Notes: generated by a model from the sequence alone, not told the origin. A stretch of DNA of 64,000 nt from Mobula hypostoma (GCF_963921235.1 NC_086109.1:9674001-9738000); one strand, 5' to 3'. Shown: positions 50,560 through 63,227, numbered from the stretch's first letter. Made by a program: numbers and translations.

Positions 50560-52733
50560 GTACTCGACCCAACTGGCTTCTGATGATTCTGGCTTGTCCA
50601 TCGATTGCTTTGGAAGGCCAGTAAAACGTGCATTACAGCAATCCAGTCTATTCGATATATAAGATGTGAATTAGTTTTTCAGCGTCATTATGTGTGTGAC
50701 TGAAATGGACATAACTTTGTGATAGTTCTGCAGTGTAGAAGTGCTGATCTGGCCATTTTCTTTCTGTGGGATTTAAAATTCACGCCGGAGTCAAGGATAA
50801 CACCCAAGCTTCCTTTCTGGCCGTGGTGAAGGGTCTCAGCCTGAAATGTTGATTATTTAATGTTGATGCTGCCTGACCTGCTGAGCTCCTCCAGCATTTT
50901 GTGTGTGTTGCTCTGGGTTTCCAGCACCGGCAGAATCTTTTGTGTTGAATGCTCTGAGATACCACATCTACCCTTTTAAGGAATGTGCGTTGTCTTGGTC
51001 CTTAGAAAACAGGCAGTGGGATAGGACACAAGATTTCAAGCAATACTTTAATAGAAATAGCCCAGCAACAGGGGCAGTGAAGCGAAAGGGGGCCCTGAGG
51101 CAGGAAGAGGGGTGTAGATAGGGTGAATGTGCACAGTCTTTTTTCATCAGGGTGGGGCAATCAATGGCTAGAGGGCATTGGTTTAAATTGAAAGTGGTCA
51201 GCACAGATCATTTGGGCTGAAGGGCTTGTTTCCTTCCTATGTTACTCTATGATTCTATTGAACAGACCTCATTGTAAGAATGAGATGAATTCTTGACTTC
51301 ACAATCTACTTTATGGTGGCCCTGGGCTGCTCTGCACTTTCTATGAAACTGTAACACTTTATTCTGTTACTGCGTTTCCCCTGTACTACCTCAATGTACT
51401 GATGTGATGAAATAATCTGTCAGGAAGGTGTGCAAAACAAAGTTTCTCACTGTACCTCGGGATGTGTGACAGTAATAAACCTTTTTAATTTTCCAATGTC
51501 TGTTTAGCGTGTTCAACAGCGGAAGGGTATCTTCCTCTATAATCATTGTCGGGTCACTAACTTCTGGAGGTTATTTTGGAGAAGGTTCAAGACAGCAGGA
51601 GAAGGGAATCACTGTCTGTGGACCATGACTCTGGAGAGATCTGTGCTAATTAATGCAGCAAAGACAGACATTGTCTGTGTGAACTCACCTGCCCTTTATT
51701 GGCCTGCCTGCTCTTGTCTACTGACTCACCGGCTCAGCACAGAAGTCTCCTGTCAATGTTATTATGGTCTCACAGTGCAGGATATTTTACAGATTAGAGA
51801 ACCAATTAGGAACATATCATCTCAGTCCTTTGTTCTTCAGGTCAAACATCAGATTAACACAGCAATGTGACTACTAACACTATATCGCCACATAAATTAG
51901 TCAGTTTTATGCATACAATTGTGCGTCTGTCTGTGTGTTTCTGTGTGTGTATCTGTGTATCTGTGCATTGAACCCATAAACACTACCTCACTTATTATTT
52001 CTGTTTTTGCAGCATTTTTAATTTAACTGATATATATAAAGTGTGTGTGTGTGTGTGTAAAGTGTGAAAATCTAGGGAATACACACTCAGGTCCCACTAA
52101 ACCCATGAGATTGGGATGGATCTCCCATTCCAAGCCTCTGTTTGTATGGATGTTGTGTTATTTACTACCCTGTTACAACTCAGTGCCAAGAAATAACAGA
52201 CGGTTAAAGGAATTATATTTATGAATCTTAACTGAAAAGTTAGTAAAGAAAAGAAAGAAAAAGATGAACAAGGTCCATTATAATTAACAGTCAGACATGC
52301 ACAAACTGGAGCTCAGCTCAGCTCTTCCAAAAGGCGTATTCACTGATCCTCAGTCGACTGCGGCAACTTGCTCCATCAGATAATGGTCCCCCACTAGGTC
52401 GAATCCTATGACCGATTCTCTCCAGCATCTTCTCCATCTCCCGCTGGACAAAGGACCCCAGCTCACACTGGTGTCAGGCACACAACACAAAAACCCGCTT
52501 CACTAACCGGACGGCTCACGTTCCAAAGCACCTGTTATCGCTAACCATAACCCAAACACTGCTGGAATGCAGTTTTTTTTTCTATAACTATCATGTATTG
52601 CGATGTACTGCTGCGGCAAAGTTAACAAATTTCATGATGTATGCCAGTGATATTAAAACAACAGGAATTCTGCAGATGCTGGAAATTCAAGCAACACACA
52701 TGTGTTGTCCAGTGATATTAAACCTGATTCTGA

Positions 52734-52735
<2 letters not shown>

Positions 52736-52782
<47 letters not shown>
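52736..52782. repeat. (TG)n microsatellite
   Basis: More than 20 consecutive TG units. Confidence 0.95.
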
Positions 52783-52791
<9 letters not shown>

Positions 52792-53624
52792 ACATTTGTA
52801 CTAGTAATTGGTTTATTATTACAACATGTACTGAGAACAATTTTCGCTTGCACGCCATCCAGAAAGATCATCTTGTACATTCTGTAAGTACTTCTAAGAA
52901 AAAGTAATTGAAAACAGGAAGTAGCTTCTAGTGTTGTGATTATAGGAAGACAAAGGAATTGCAAGGGACACAATGAGGTGTACTGGGAGATGGAGTTTAT
53001 CATTAATGTATAAGAGGTCTGTTCAGGAGTTTGATAACAGTGAGATAGATGCTATCTGGTGGAGCAAGCTTTTGTATCTTTTGCCTGATGCGTGGGGGTG
53101 GGGGAGGAGAGAGAATGACCCCCATGGGAGGAGCCATTGATTATAACACCATAATAGATTACATGATATAGGAGCAGAATTAGGCCATTTGGCCTAGTGA
53201 GTCTGTTCTGCCATTTCATTACCCTCTCAGCCTCAGTCTCCTGCCTTCTCCCTGACTAATCAAGAATCTATCAACATCTGCCTTAAATATACCCAATGAC
53301 CTGGCCTCCACAACTACCGGTGGCAACAAATTCCACAGATTCACCGTTCTCTCGCTAAAGAAATTCCTCTTCATTTCCTTTCTAAATGGATGTTCCTCTA
53401 TTCTGAGGTTCTTCCCCTCCGGTCTTAGACTCCCCCACCAAAGGACACATCCTTCCCACATCCACGCTATCTAGACCTTTCTACATTCGGTAGGCTTCAA
53501 CGAGATCTGCTCCCCCCACCCCATGTTTCTAAACTCCACAGCCATTAAACACTCCTCACATGACAAGCAATTCAATCCCGGAATTATTTTTGTGAGCGTC
53601 CTTTGAACCCTCTCCGTGTTAGTA

Positions 53625-54530
53625 CAAGCAACACACATCAAAGTTGCTGATGAACGCAGCAGGCCAGGCAGCATCTCTAGGAAGAGGTATAGTCGACGTT
53701 TCAGGCCGAGACCCTTCATCAGGACTAACTGAAGGAAGAGCTAGTAAGAGATTTGAAAGTGGGAGGGGGAGGGGGAGATCCAAAATGATAGGAGAAGACA
53801 GGAGGGGGAGGGATGGAGCCAAGAGCTGGACAGGTGATAGGCAAAAGGGATACGAGAGGATCATGGGACAGGAGGTCTGGGGAAGAAAGACAAGGTGGGG
53901 AGGGAACACAGAGGATGGGCAAGGGGTATAGTCAGAGGGACAGAGGGAGAAAAAGGAGAGTAAAAGAAAGAATGTGTGTATATAAATAAATAACAGATGG
54001 GGTCCGAGGGGGAGGTGGGGCATTAGCGGAAGTTTGAGAAGTCGATGTTCATGCCATCAGGTTGGAGGCTACCCAGACGGAATACAAGGTGTTGTTATCG
54101 ATGTTCATGCCCCACTTCTCCCTCGTACCCCATCTGTTACTTATTTTTATACACACATTCTTTCTCTTACTCTCCTTTTTCTCTGTCTGTCCCTCTGAAT
54201 ATACCCCTTGCCCATCCTCTGGGTCCCCCCCCCTTGTCTTTCTTCCCGGACCTCCTGTCCCATGATCCTCTCGTATCCCTTTTGCCTATCACCTGTCCAG
54301 CTCTTGGCTCTATCCCTCCCCCTCCTGTCTTCTCCTATCATTTTGGATCTCCCCCTCCCCCTCCCACTTTCAAATCTCTTACTAGCTCTTCCTTCAGTTA
54401 GTCCCGACGAAGGGGCTCGGCCTGAAACATCGACTGTACCTCTTCCTAGAGATGCTGCCTGGCCTGCTGCGTTCACCAGCAACTTTGATGTGTGTTGCTT
54501 AATTTTCCAGCATCTGCAGAATTCCTGTTG
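53625..54530. mobile_element. Inverted pair of Penelope-like terminal repeats (~400-bp arms)
   Basis: 53625-54023 is the near reverse complement of 54107-54500; intact hammerhead at 53690-53727 (-), damaged one at 54399-54436 (+). Confidence 0.85.
53690..53727 (-). ncRNA. Minimal type I hammerhead ribozyme motif, intact
   Basis: UAGUC CUGAUGA AGGGUCUCGGCCU GAAAC GUC GACUA; fully Watson-Crick stem I. Confidence 0.7.
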
Positions 54531-56436
54531 TTTCCATGTTAGTACATCTGTTTTTAGATAAGGGGCCCAAAAATGCTCAGAATACTCCAAGTGAGGCCTC
54601 ACCAGTGCTTTATAAAACCTCAAGATTACATCCTAGTCCTCTCAAAATTAATGCTATTATTGCATTTACCTTTCACACCACCAATTCAACCTGCAAATTA
54701 ACCTTTCGGGAATCCTGCACGAGGACTCCCAAGTCCCTTTGTTGGTTGTTTTCCCGAGGCAGTGGGAAGTGTAGATAGTGCCAACAGAGGAGAGGCTGGT
54801 TTGCATGATAGACTGGGCTGTGTTCACAACGTTCTGCAATCCCTTCCATTCGTGCGAATTTCATTAAATGTTCCTTATCACACCACGACGTGCAGAGTCA
54901 GCATTCTGCACGCTAGGGACATAATGTTTGATTCTTGAAATGTCTGAGTTCGTTCCTGCACTTTTCATCAAGAGACAAAATCAAAACAACCCGCGCCAGT
55001 GCTTTACATTTCTATTTCCAGCCGGAGCGGGATTGACCGGAGACAGTGGATGCCACAGGTGCTGGAGCCTGGAGCAACACACAATCTACTGGAGGGTCAG
55101 GCAGCATCCGTAGGGCGAAGGGATTGTCAATGCGTCAGGTCCACACCTTGCACCCAGACCTTGCCTGGGTGTTCCAACACGGAACATTGGCAATTCCTTG
55201 CAGGAGGAGCGGCACGGTAGCCTAGCGGTTAGCGCATCACTTTACAGCGCAGCGATCTCTGGAACAGGGGTTCAATTCCCGCCGCTGTCTGCGAGGAGTT
55301 TGTATGTTGACCCATTGTGGGTCTCCTCCTGGTGCTCTGGTTTCCTCCCACATTCCAGTGATGCACAAGTTAGAAACTGTGGAATTCGTTGACACAGGCA
55401 GCTCCGGAGGCCAATTCATTGGGTATATTTAAGGCAAAGGTTGATAGGTTCTTGATTGGTCAGGGCATGGAAGGGATACGGGGAGAAGACAGGAGACAGG
55501 AGCTGAGAGGGAAAATGGATCAACCATGATAGAATGGTAGAGCAGACTCGATGGGCTGAATGGCTTAATTCTGCTCCTATATCTTATGGTCTTATGGTTA
55601 GGGTTAGTAAGTTGTGGGCTGCTACGATGTCCCCAGCACGTCCTCAAACCGCGTTGTTTGTTTATGCAAACAATGTATTTCACTGTATTTTCCACTGGTT
55701 CAATGTAAATCTGACAAATCATGCTAATTTTTATCTCTAACACTGCATTTCCTGTATAATCACAGTGTTGGAGAGGACTTCCCCACCCCCATTCTGTAGA
55801 ATGCCCCAGGGTCTCTGCAGAATCACATGCCTTTTATTAATTAATACAAAGTTATCTTTTTTTTTAAAAAAGAACATTGATAGTGTACAGGGAAGAATCT
55901 CTGACATTGCTGTGGTGATTAATATGTGGGTTAATGTCACACCTTGTTTAACGTGAAGAGTAGGATTCAGGCTGGCATCAGATGCCAGAGCACACCTTCA
56001 ACCTGCTTGGCAAACCCTTTCAGAATGAATGGTATAAAGAAACATGATTTGTAGCCTGGATATAAATAGAACTTGCTGGTGATGCCAGTGAAAGAGGAGT
56101 GCGCCTGTGTTTCTAGAAACTTCTAATCGTGTTGCTTTATTTGAAGGGTGTATCATGATCTTATTGGATCGTGCCGGAGCTAAGGTTTCTGATCGTACCA
56201 GCCATTTTATAAACCTCATCGATATGAGCTAGGTTTTACTTTACAATTCCATGAGGTACACCAAATCGAGGCAGGAATAGGGCTCAACAGGTAGTATTGA
56301 CCTCGTAACCCTGAATTAACTTTGACTTTAGATGCTGTCTGTGTGGAGTTTGTATGTTCTCCCTGTGACCTCTGGAGAGCACTGTTTTGCCCCAGAGCCT
56401 GAAAACATTGGTAAGTTAATTGCCGGCTGTAAATAT

Positions 56437-56715
56437 CCCCTCCTCCAAGAGGACCACAACCTTGTCGTAGGGTTTGGAGGCTTGCGTGCCTCATTGACCC
56501 GGAGAGCCGTGCTGGCTGGAGTCAGGGCTTTGTGCTTTGGCTCTTGGTAGGGTCACCCATGCCAAACAGGTCAAAGGGTATAGGACAGAGTGAGTGGTCC
56601 ACCCGTCCTCCAGGTTCGGGGGCTAACAACCCTGACCGGTAAAACGAAACTGTTACAGAAACAGCAATGAAGAATCTTTCTACCTCGGAGTATTCCCAAG
56701 TCTTCACCCAGGACT
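56437..56715 (+). mobile_element. RTE (Rex3/Expander-like) 5' UTR-derived fragment
   Basis: ACCTTGTCGTAGGGTTTGGAGG...GGTAGGGTCACCCATGCCAAACAGGTC...GGGGCTAACAACCCTGACCGGTAAAA resembles vertebrate RTE 5' ends; recognised by eye. Confidence 0.55.
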
Positions 56716-56929
56716 CGTGTCCTGTTCATGGGCTGTTCAGAAATCTGATGATGGAGGGGAAGGAGTTGCTCCTGTGTCCTCAGGTTCCTGTACCTCCTCT
56801 CTCATGGTGGTCCTCAGGAGAGGGCATGGATTGTGAGGGCCTTTAATGATCATGCTGCCTTCCTGAGGCATCGCCTTTTATTGAAGTCCTCTTCTTCCGG
56901 CACAAATAAGTCGTTCCTTAAATAAAGAG

Positions 56930-57430
56930 ATCTGGTGGGGCTGAGTTGTTCTCCGAACTTGGCAACTTACTCGCAAATGTTTTGTCACCATACGAGGAGA
57001 CGTTGTCAGTGCGCTGTTAATTGTGATGCGGCCTTTATATACTTATCAATCAGCTGATTGGACGTCACTTCGGAAACTCAGTTGCGATGCGGGAAGGAAA
57101 TCTCGTCGCTGACTGGTTGCGTGGTGAACTCCCTTCGATGCGGTCTGGAATTTTCCCCGAACTGGCTTATAAATAGGATCGAGGTCCACGTGTTGGTTTA
57201 CAGATTTCTTTGCGGAAAACCATGCTTCTAGGAATCCTCTTGCGTGCCGCATGTTTGCCTGCGCTATGACTTTCACTGATACCCAGCAGATAAAGGCCAA
57301 GCATTGGGATGGCACACCACAGTCAACAGCCCACTGACGGTGTCTCCTCATGTGGTCGCAAAATGTTTGCAAGTAAATTGCCAAGATCAGAGAACAATTC
57401 AGTCCAACCATCAACCACCCAAGCTACGCA
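56930..57430 (-). mobile_element. Second, unrelated Penelope-like family: GIY-YIG tail between inverted terminal repeats
   Basis: ORF 57046-57414 contains WVSVKVIAQANMRHARGFLEAWFSAKKSVNQHVDLDPIYKPVR; ~80-bp inverted repeats at 56932-57011 and 57332-57412. Confidence 0.7.
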
Positions 57431-57936
57431 TTCTCCGAATGATTTCCAAAAACGAGATCTATTTACTTCATAGTATGCCAATGCCCTGTGTCACTGAATA
57501 ACAACCATTCTATTTTCGTATTCAATTCCCATGATAATAAATGAAAATGAAAGTTATGTTAACTTTCCTAATTATTTGCAGTTCTCATACAAGAGCTGTT
57601 TTCAGTTCGTGCACCAGGATATCTGGACCCCACTGGATCTCTGAGCCCTACAGTCTCTGCAGTTACACAATGTGCTTCCTGTTCGGAGTCATAAACCTGA
57701 GATTCTGCGGATGCTGGAAGTATTGAGCAATACGCACAGTGTGCTGTAGGAACTCAGCAAGGCAGGCAGCGTCAAGTGATGGCCTGTTGAGCTCCCCCCA
57801 GCATTTTTGTGAGAGTTAAAGACTCACACAGCGTAGACACTGGCCGTTCAGCTCTTCTGTGCATGCTGAGCACGGTTCTCAGCTAAGCTTGTCCCACCTG
57901 TCTGCCTTTGGCCCATATCCCTCCAATCTTTTCCAA

Positions 57937-58720
57937 CGCAAACACGAGGAAATCTGCAGATGCTGGAAATTCAGGCAACACACATCAAAGTTGCTGGTGA
58001 ATGCGGCAGGCCAGGCAGCATCTCTAGGAAGAGGTACAGTCGACGTTTCGGGCTGAGACCCTTCGTCAGGACTAACTGAAGGAAGAGCTAGTAAGAGATT
58101 TGAAAGTGGGAGGGGGAGGGGGAGATCCGAAATGATCGGAGAAGACAGGAGGGGGAGGGATGGAGCCAAGAGCTGGACAGGTGATTGGCAAAAGGGATAT
58201 GAGAGGATCATGGGACAGGAGGCCCAGGGAGAAGGAAAAGGGGGAGGGGGGGAAAAACCCAGAGGATAGGCAAGGGGTATAGTGAGAGGGACAGAGGGAG
58301 AAAAAGGAGAGAGAGAAAAAGAAAAAGAATGTGTGTATATAAATAAATAACGGATGGGGTACGAGGGGCAGGTGGGGCATTAGCGGAAGTTTGGGAAGTC
58401 AATGTTAATGCCATCAGGTTGGAGGCTACCCAGACGGAATATAAGGTGTTGTTCCTCCAACCTGAGTGTGACTTCATCTTTACAGTAGAGGAGGCCGTGG
58501 ATAGACGTGTCTGAATGGGAATGGGACGTGGAATTAAAATGTGTGGCCACTGGGAGATCGTGCTTTCTCTGGCTGACAGAGCGTAGGTGTTCAGCGAAAC
58601 GATCTCCCAGTCTGCGTCGGGTCTCACCAATATATAGAAGGCCACATCGGGATCACCGGATGCAGTACATCACCCCAGCCGACAAACAGGTGAAGTGTCG
58701 CCTCACCTGGAAGGACTGTC
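57937..58720 (-). mobile_element. Young Penelope-like element 3' portion with intact hammerhead (58037-58074)
   Basis: The minus strand encodes a YCIR-S...LLYIGETRRRLGDRFAEHL GIY-YIG segment; ribozyme UAGUC CUGACGA A GGG-UCUCAG-CCC GAAAC GUC GACUG. Confidence 0.88.
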
Positions 58721-58784
58721 TTTTCCAATCTGTGTCTTTTAAGTTTCCTCCTTCAATCATCTTTCCTGTCACAATTGTCGATTC

Positions 58785-59420
58785 TAAACATGAGAAAGTC
58801 AGCAGATGCTGGAAATCCGAAGCAACACACACAAAATGCTGGAGGAACTCAGCAGGTCAGGCAGCATCCATGGAAATGAATGAACAGTTGATGTCTTGGG
58901 CTGAGACCCTTCTTCAGGACTGGAAAGGAAGGGGTAGATGCCAGAATAAAAAAAGGTGGAGGGAGGGGATAGAGCATAGCTAGAAGGTGATAGGTGAAAC
59001 TGGGTGGGTGAGAAAGATAAAGGGCTGGAGAGGAAGGAATTTGATAGGAGAGGAGTGTGGACTATAGGAGAAAGGGAAGAAGGAGGAGATCTGGGGGGTG
59101 GGGGTGATCAGCAGGTGAGAGGAGGCAAGAGGCCAGTGTGGGGAATAGAAGAAGAGGGAAGGGGGAGGGAAATTGTTTTTTTTGCTGGAAGAAGATATTG
59201 ATATTCATCCCATCAGGTTGGAGGCTACCCAAACAGAATATAAGGTGTTGCTCCTTCAACCTGAGGGTAGTCTCATCTTGGCACAAATGGAGGCCATAAA
59301 TTGATATGTCAGAATGGGAATTAAAATGTCTGGCCTCCGCTTTTGGTGGTGGATGGAGCAGAGGTGCTCGACAAAGTGGTCCCCCAATTTACAATGGGTC
59401 TCACCAGTGTAGAGGAGGCC
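58785..59420 (-). mobile_element. Older Penelope-like terminal fragment (similar copies at ~25645-26415, 41830-42285, 48765-49150)
   Basis: Same architecture; ORF 59062-59286 LRLKEQHLIFCLGSLQPDGMN. Confidence 0.75.
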
Positions 59421-60449
59421 CCACTGGGAGCCTCACTATTGTAGAGGAGGCCCCATTGGGAGCCTCATTATTGTAGAGGAGGCTGCTTTGGGAGCTCAAT
59501 TCCATGCTTCAGTAGAATTTTATTTTATTTCGAGATACAGCCCAGCAACAGGCCCTACTGGCCTAATGATCCCGCTCGGCCCAATTACACCCCCATGACC
59601 CATTAACCTACTAAGCCCAACGACTTTGGAATGTGGGATTCCAAAGGGTTATTGAGTTGTGGGCATGCTACATTGGCACTGGATGCATAGTGACACTGGC
59701 GGCCTCCCATCAGCACATCCTCAGACTGTGTTAGCCGTTGACGCAAACAACACATTTAACTGTACATTTCAATGTTCGATATACGTGTGATGAATAAAGC
59801 TAATCTTTAGGGGGGTGGAGGAGGGAGAGAGATAGAGAGAGAAATAATGAGAGATAGAGAGTTTAAAAAAAGCATAAATGAGGGAGTGAGAAGAACTTGG
59901 TTGAGTAAATAGCTGTGGAAAGGATGACGAAATGGGGGCAAGAAACTGTGTGTGTGTGGGGGGTGGTGGTGTGGAGACTCAGTGCTGGAAGGAGGCAGAA
60001 AGCCCTGTCCTCCTGGACACAGGTGTGTCAGAAAACTGGTACCTCTGGCTGAGATACAGCTCATGAGACTGGAATGTTCTCTGAACTGTAGAGTTAATCG
60101 GGAGCTATGGAGAGATACTAAGTGTGGGAGCAGTTTTATTTAGGAACCGTAACCAAGGCAGAACTATCTATGGGCTCCCTCTTCCTTGATTTATCCACTT
60201 TATCTTGCACTTCATTCCACTTTTATGCAATTGCTGGCATTCTTCTCAAAGGCTGGGAGGAGCACTTTTCAATTTGGTATCCTGACTGCTGTGAGGCTCT
60301 GATGCACAGGACTGCAAAAAGTTGCAGAGGGTTCTTGACTCAGCTGGTTCCACCACGGGCACAGCCCTCTCCACCGTCGACGGCACCTTCCAAAGGCAGT
60401 GGCTCAGGAAGGAAGCTTCCACCATTAAGGACCCTCACCATCTGTGACG

Positions 60450-60742
60450 TGGCACACGGCCAAGTGGTTAGGGCGTTGGACTAGCGATCTGAAAGTCGTG
60501 AGTTTGAGCCCCAGCCGAGGCACAGTGTGTGTGTCCTTGAGCAAGGCACTTAACCACACAATGCTCCAGTCCACCCAGCTGAAAATGGGTACCGGCAAAA
60601 ATGCTGGGGGTTAACCTCGTGATAGACTGGCGTCCTATCCGGGGGGGGGCGTCTCGTACTCTCAGTCGCTTCACACCACGGAAACTGGCATAAGCACCGG
60701 CCTGATGAGCCCATAAGGCCTGGGACAGACTTTAACTTTGAC
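60450..60742 (+). mobile_element. tRNA-derived SINE, family B: family-A head with a different (MetaSINE-like) body
   Basis: Shares GGCCAAGTGGTTA...GTGTCCTTGAGCAAGGCACTTAACCACACA with family A, then diverges into CCACCCAGCTGAAAATGGGTACC...; tail GACTTTAACTTT. Confidence 0.7.
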
Positions 60743-63143
60743 TAACCATCTGTGACATGCCCTGTTCTCATTACTATCATAATGAGCCTGAAGGACCCAC
60801 ACTCAATGTTTTAGGAGTAGCTTCTTCCCCTCCGCCATCAGATTTCCGAATGGTCCACGAACACTAGCTCACTATTCCCCTTTTGCATTGCTTGTCTATT
60901 TATCAGCTTAAAGTTACAGCAGGGAAGGGGCCCTTCCAGACCAACAAACCCATGCCAATCAATAACACCCATGTGACCAACCTACTAACCCGCACACCTT
61001 TGGACTGTCGGAGGAAACCGGAGCACCCGGAGGAAACCCACGTGGTGATGGGGAGAGCGTGCCAACTCCTGACAGGCAGCGGTGGGAAAAGGGCCTGAAT
61101 CAGTGGCGCTGTGATGGCGTTACGCTAACCGCTGTCCAACAGACCAATTGTAACTTCTAGCAATTTTTATCTCTTGCACAACACTGCGGCTACAAAAGAA
61201 CTAATTTTGTCGTGTATGCCAGTGACATGAAAGCTGATTCTGATTCTGATATCGTACACAATCTGCTATCTGCAGACATCTCCAGAGACACGGTTCAATC
61301 TGAACTTTGGGTGTCTGAGTGGGGTTTGTGTTCTCCACACCCCATGTGCTCCAGTTTCTTCCCACAGCCCGAAGACGGCAACGTTGATAGGTTAATTGGT
61401 CACTGGTATTGAGATAGGGGATCACTCACAATTGCACTGATAGGCTGAGAAGGTGGGGGAAATTCTTGGTCCCATCTTTTACGCAAAATAATCTGCAGAT
61501 GCTGGGGTCAAAGCAACACTCACAACACGCTGGAGGAACTCAGCAGGTCGGGCAGCATCCGAGGAAAAGATCAGTCGACGTTTCGGGCCGGAACCCTTCG
61601 TCCTATCTTTTGTCCCTTTTTCTGTGAGAGAGAAGGAGAGAGAGAGAAGGAGAAAAGAAGAGTGAGAAAATAAGGAAAATGGAAAGAGATGAGTGGAGAA
61701 AGCTAAACATGGAGAGTGAGAAAGAGGGAAGGAGAGAGAAAAACAGAGAAAGAGAGAGATGGGCAGGAAGATGGATAGAGAGAGCTTGCCAATTGGGTTT
61801 TTATTTATTTATTGAGATGCAGCACTTAATGGGCCTTTCCCATCCTTCAAGCCACGCCACCCATCATAGCCTGATGAACTACTTACAATGACCAATTAGC
61901 CCACCAATCGATACATCGTTGGACTGTGGGAGGAAACCCACGTGGCCTCAGGGGAAATGTACAAACTCCTTACAGGCAGTGGCGGGAATTGAACCCCAGT
62001 CTGCCGGTACTGTAAAGCGTTGTGCTAACCACCTTGCTACTGTGTCGCCCCACTAAGCCACCGTACAGTGCAAACAAAGATGAAACTGCATGTGTGGCTT
62101 TAAACAAAGCACCAGTGACTCTCCCATATCCGTGAAAGGTCTGTATAAAAATGACTCAACAAAACTCCCTTCACACCCCAACTGCTGATGCTGAGATCAG
62201 GAAGCTTTGATGTGAATGGTAAATTGGTAAATTGATTTATTATTGCCACATGTGCCAAGGTACAGTGACAAGCCTGTTTTGCATGCCACCCATACAGATC
62301 TTTTCATAGCAGCAGTGAATTGAGGTAGTGCAAGGAAAAATGACAGAATGCAGAATAAAGTGTTGTACCTAGAGACATAGAATTTAGATTTAAGAGCAGA
62401 CCGGTGATAATAGAAGTGACAAGCAGATTTAGAGAGAGCAGTTTACAATGATTCAATTGCACTCCAGTGCCAAGTATCCATTACTCACTTAAAGAGGACT
62501 AGCTTTGTTTGTCACATGTACGTCAAAGCATACCGTGAACCGTGTCGCTTGCGTCAAATCAAATCAGCGAGGGTCGTGCTGGGGACCGCCCGAAAGGTCA
62601 CCATGCTTCCAACAGCAATAAAGCATGCCCATAACTTACTAACCAGTATGTCCTTGGAATGTGGGAGGAAACTGGAGCACTAGGGGAGAATGTGAAAACT
62701 CATTAGAGACAGCGGCAAGAATCGGAACCCTGATAAAGCGATTGCGCCAGCTGCTACAGTACCGTGCCATCCCCGCCACCAATGTGAGACTGATTCAAAG
62801 TATGGAATCAGGCCCTTCAGCCCACTGAATCAATACTGTCCTTTTAACAGCCATTTACACAAATCCTGTTGTATTCTCCCCACATCCCAATCAGCTCCCC
62901 CAGGGTTCTAACACTCACCCATTCACTCGGGCCAACATACAGAAGGCTTTCCAACACCGCTGAGTATCCTGACCTCATGACACTAAGTCACTAAGTGTGC
63001 AAAGAGCTTTACACAGTTTATTCCTTTGTGTGTGTATGTATATGTATATATAAATCTATCACACACACACAGACACACATACTTGCTGCTGACAAGGGAT
63101 GGAAAGATGTTTAAATCTAAACCTGTTTTTCCCTCTTTCCTAG

Positions 63144-63227
63144 ATTTCCGAAGAGAAAGACATGTACTTAACAAACTCCATCTCCCTGGGAGACCAGGAC
63201 ACAACAGAGAGACGGAAATGTTGTTGA
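63144..63227 (+). CDS. RAB7B: Rab-7b terminal coding exon with CC geranylgeranylation motif
   Basis: Strong acceptor TTTTTCCCTCTTTCCTAG; ISEEKDMYLTNSISLGDQDTTERRKCC-TGA parallels the human RAB7B tail (HLTESIKL...RCC). Total CDS 609 nt, 202 aa. Missed by the ORF track. Confidence 0.93.
   Translation: MSEEKDMYLTNSISLGDQDTTERRKCC

Noticed and set aside
51508..51870. Open frame after an AG as the RAB7B last exon (also candidates near 55022 and 57582)
   Set aside because: No C-terminal prenylation motif or RAB7B similarity; 63144-63227 fits far better.
55596..55610. Interstitial telomeric repeat (GGTTAGGGTTAG)
   Set aside because: Only about two units, and a recurring internal part of the V-SINE-like family.
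26548..63227. Calling the GTPase RAB7A or RAB9
   Set aside because: DTGGQ, STFFKGSDGC, the LTxSI tail with terminal CC and the neighbouring protease all favour RAB7B.
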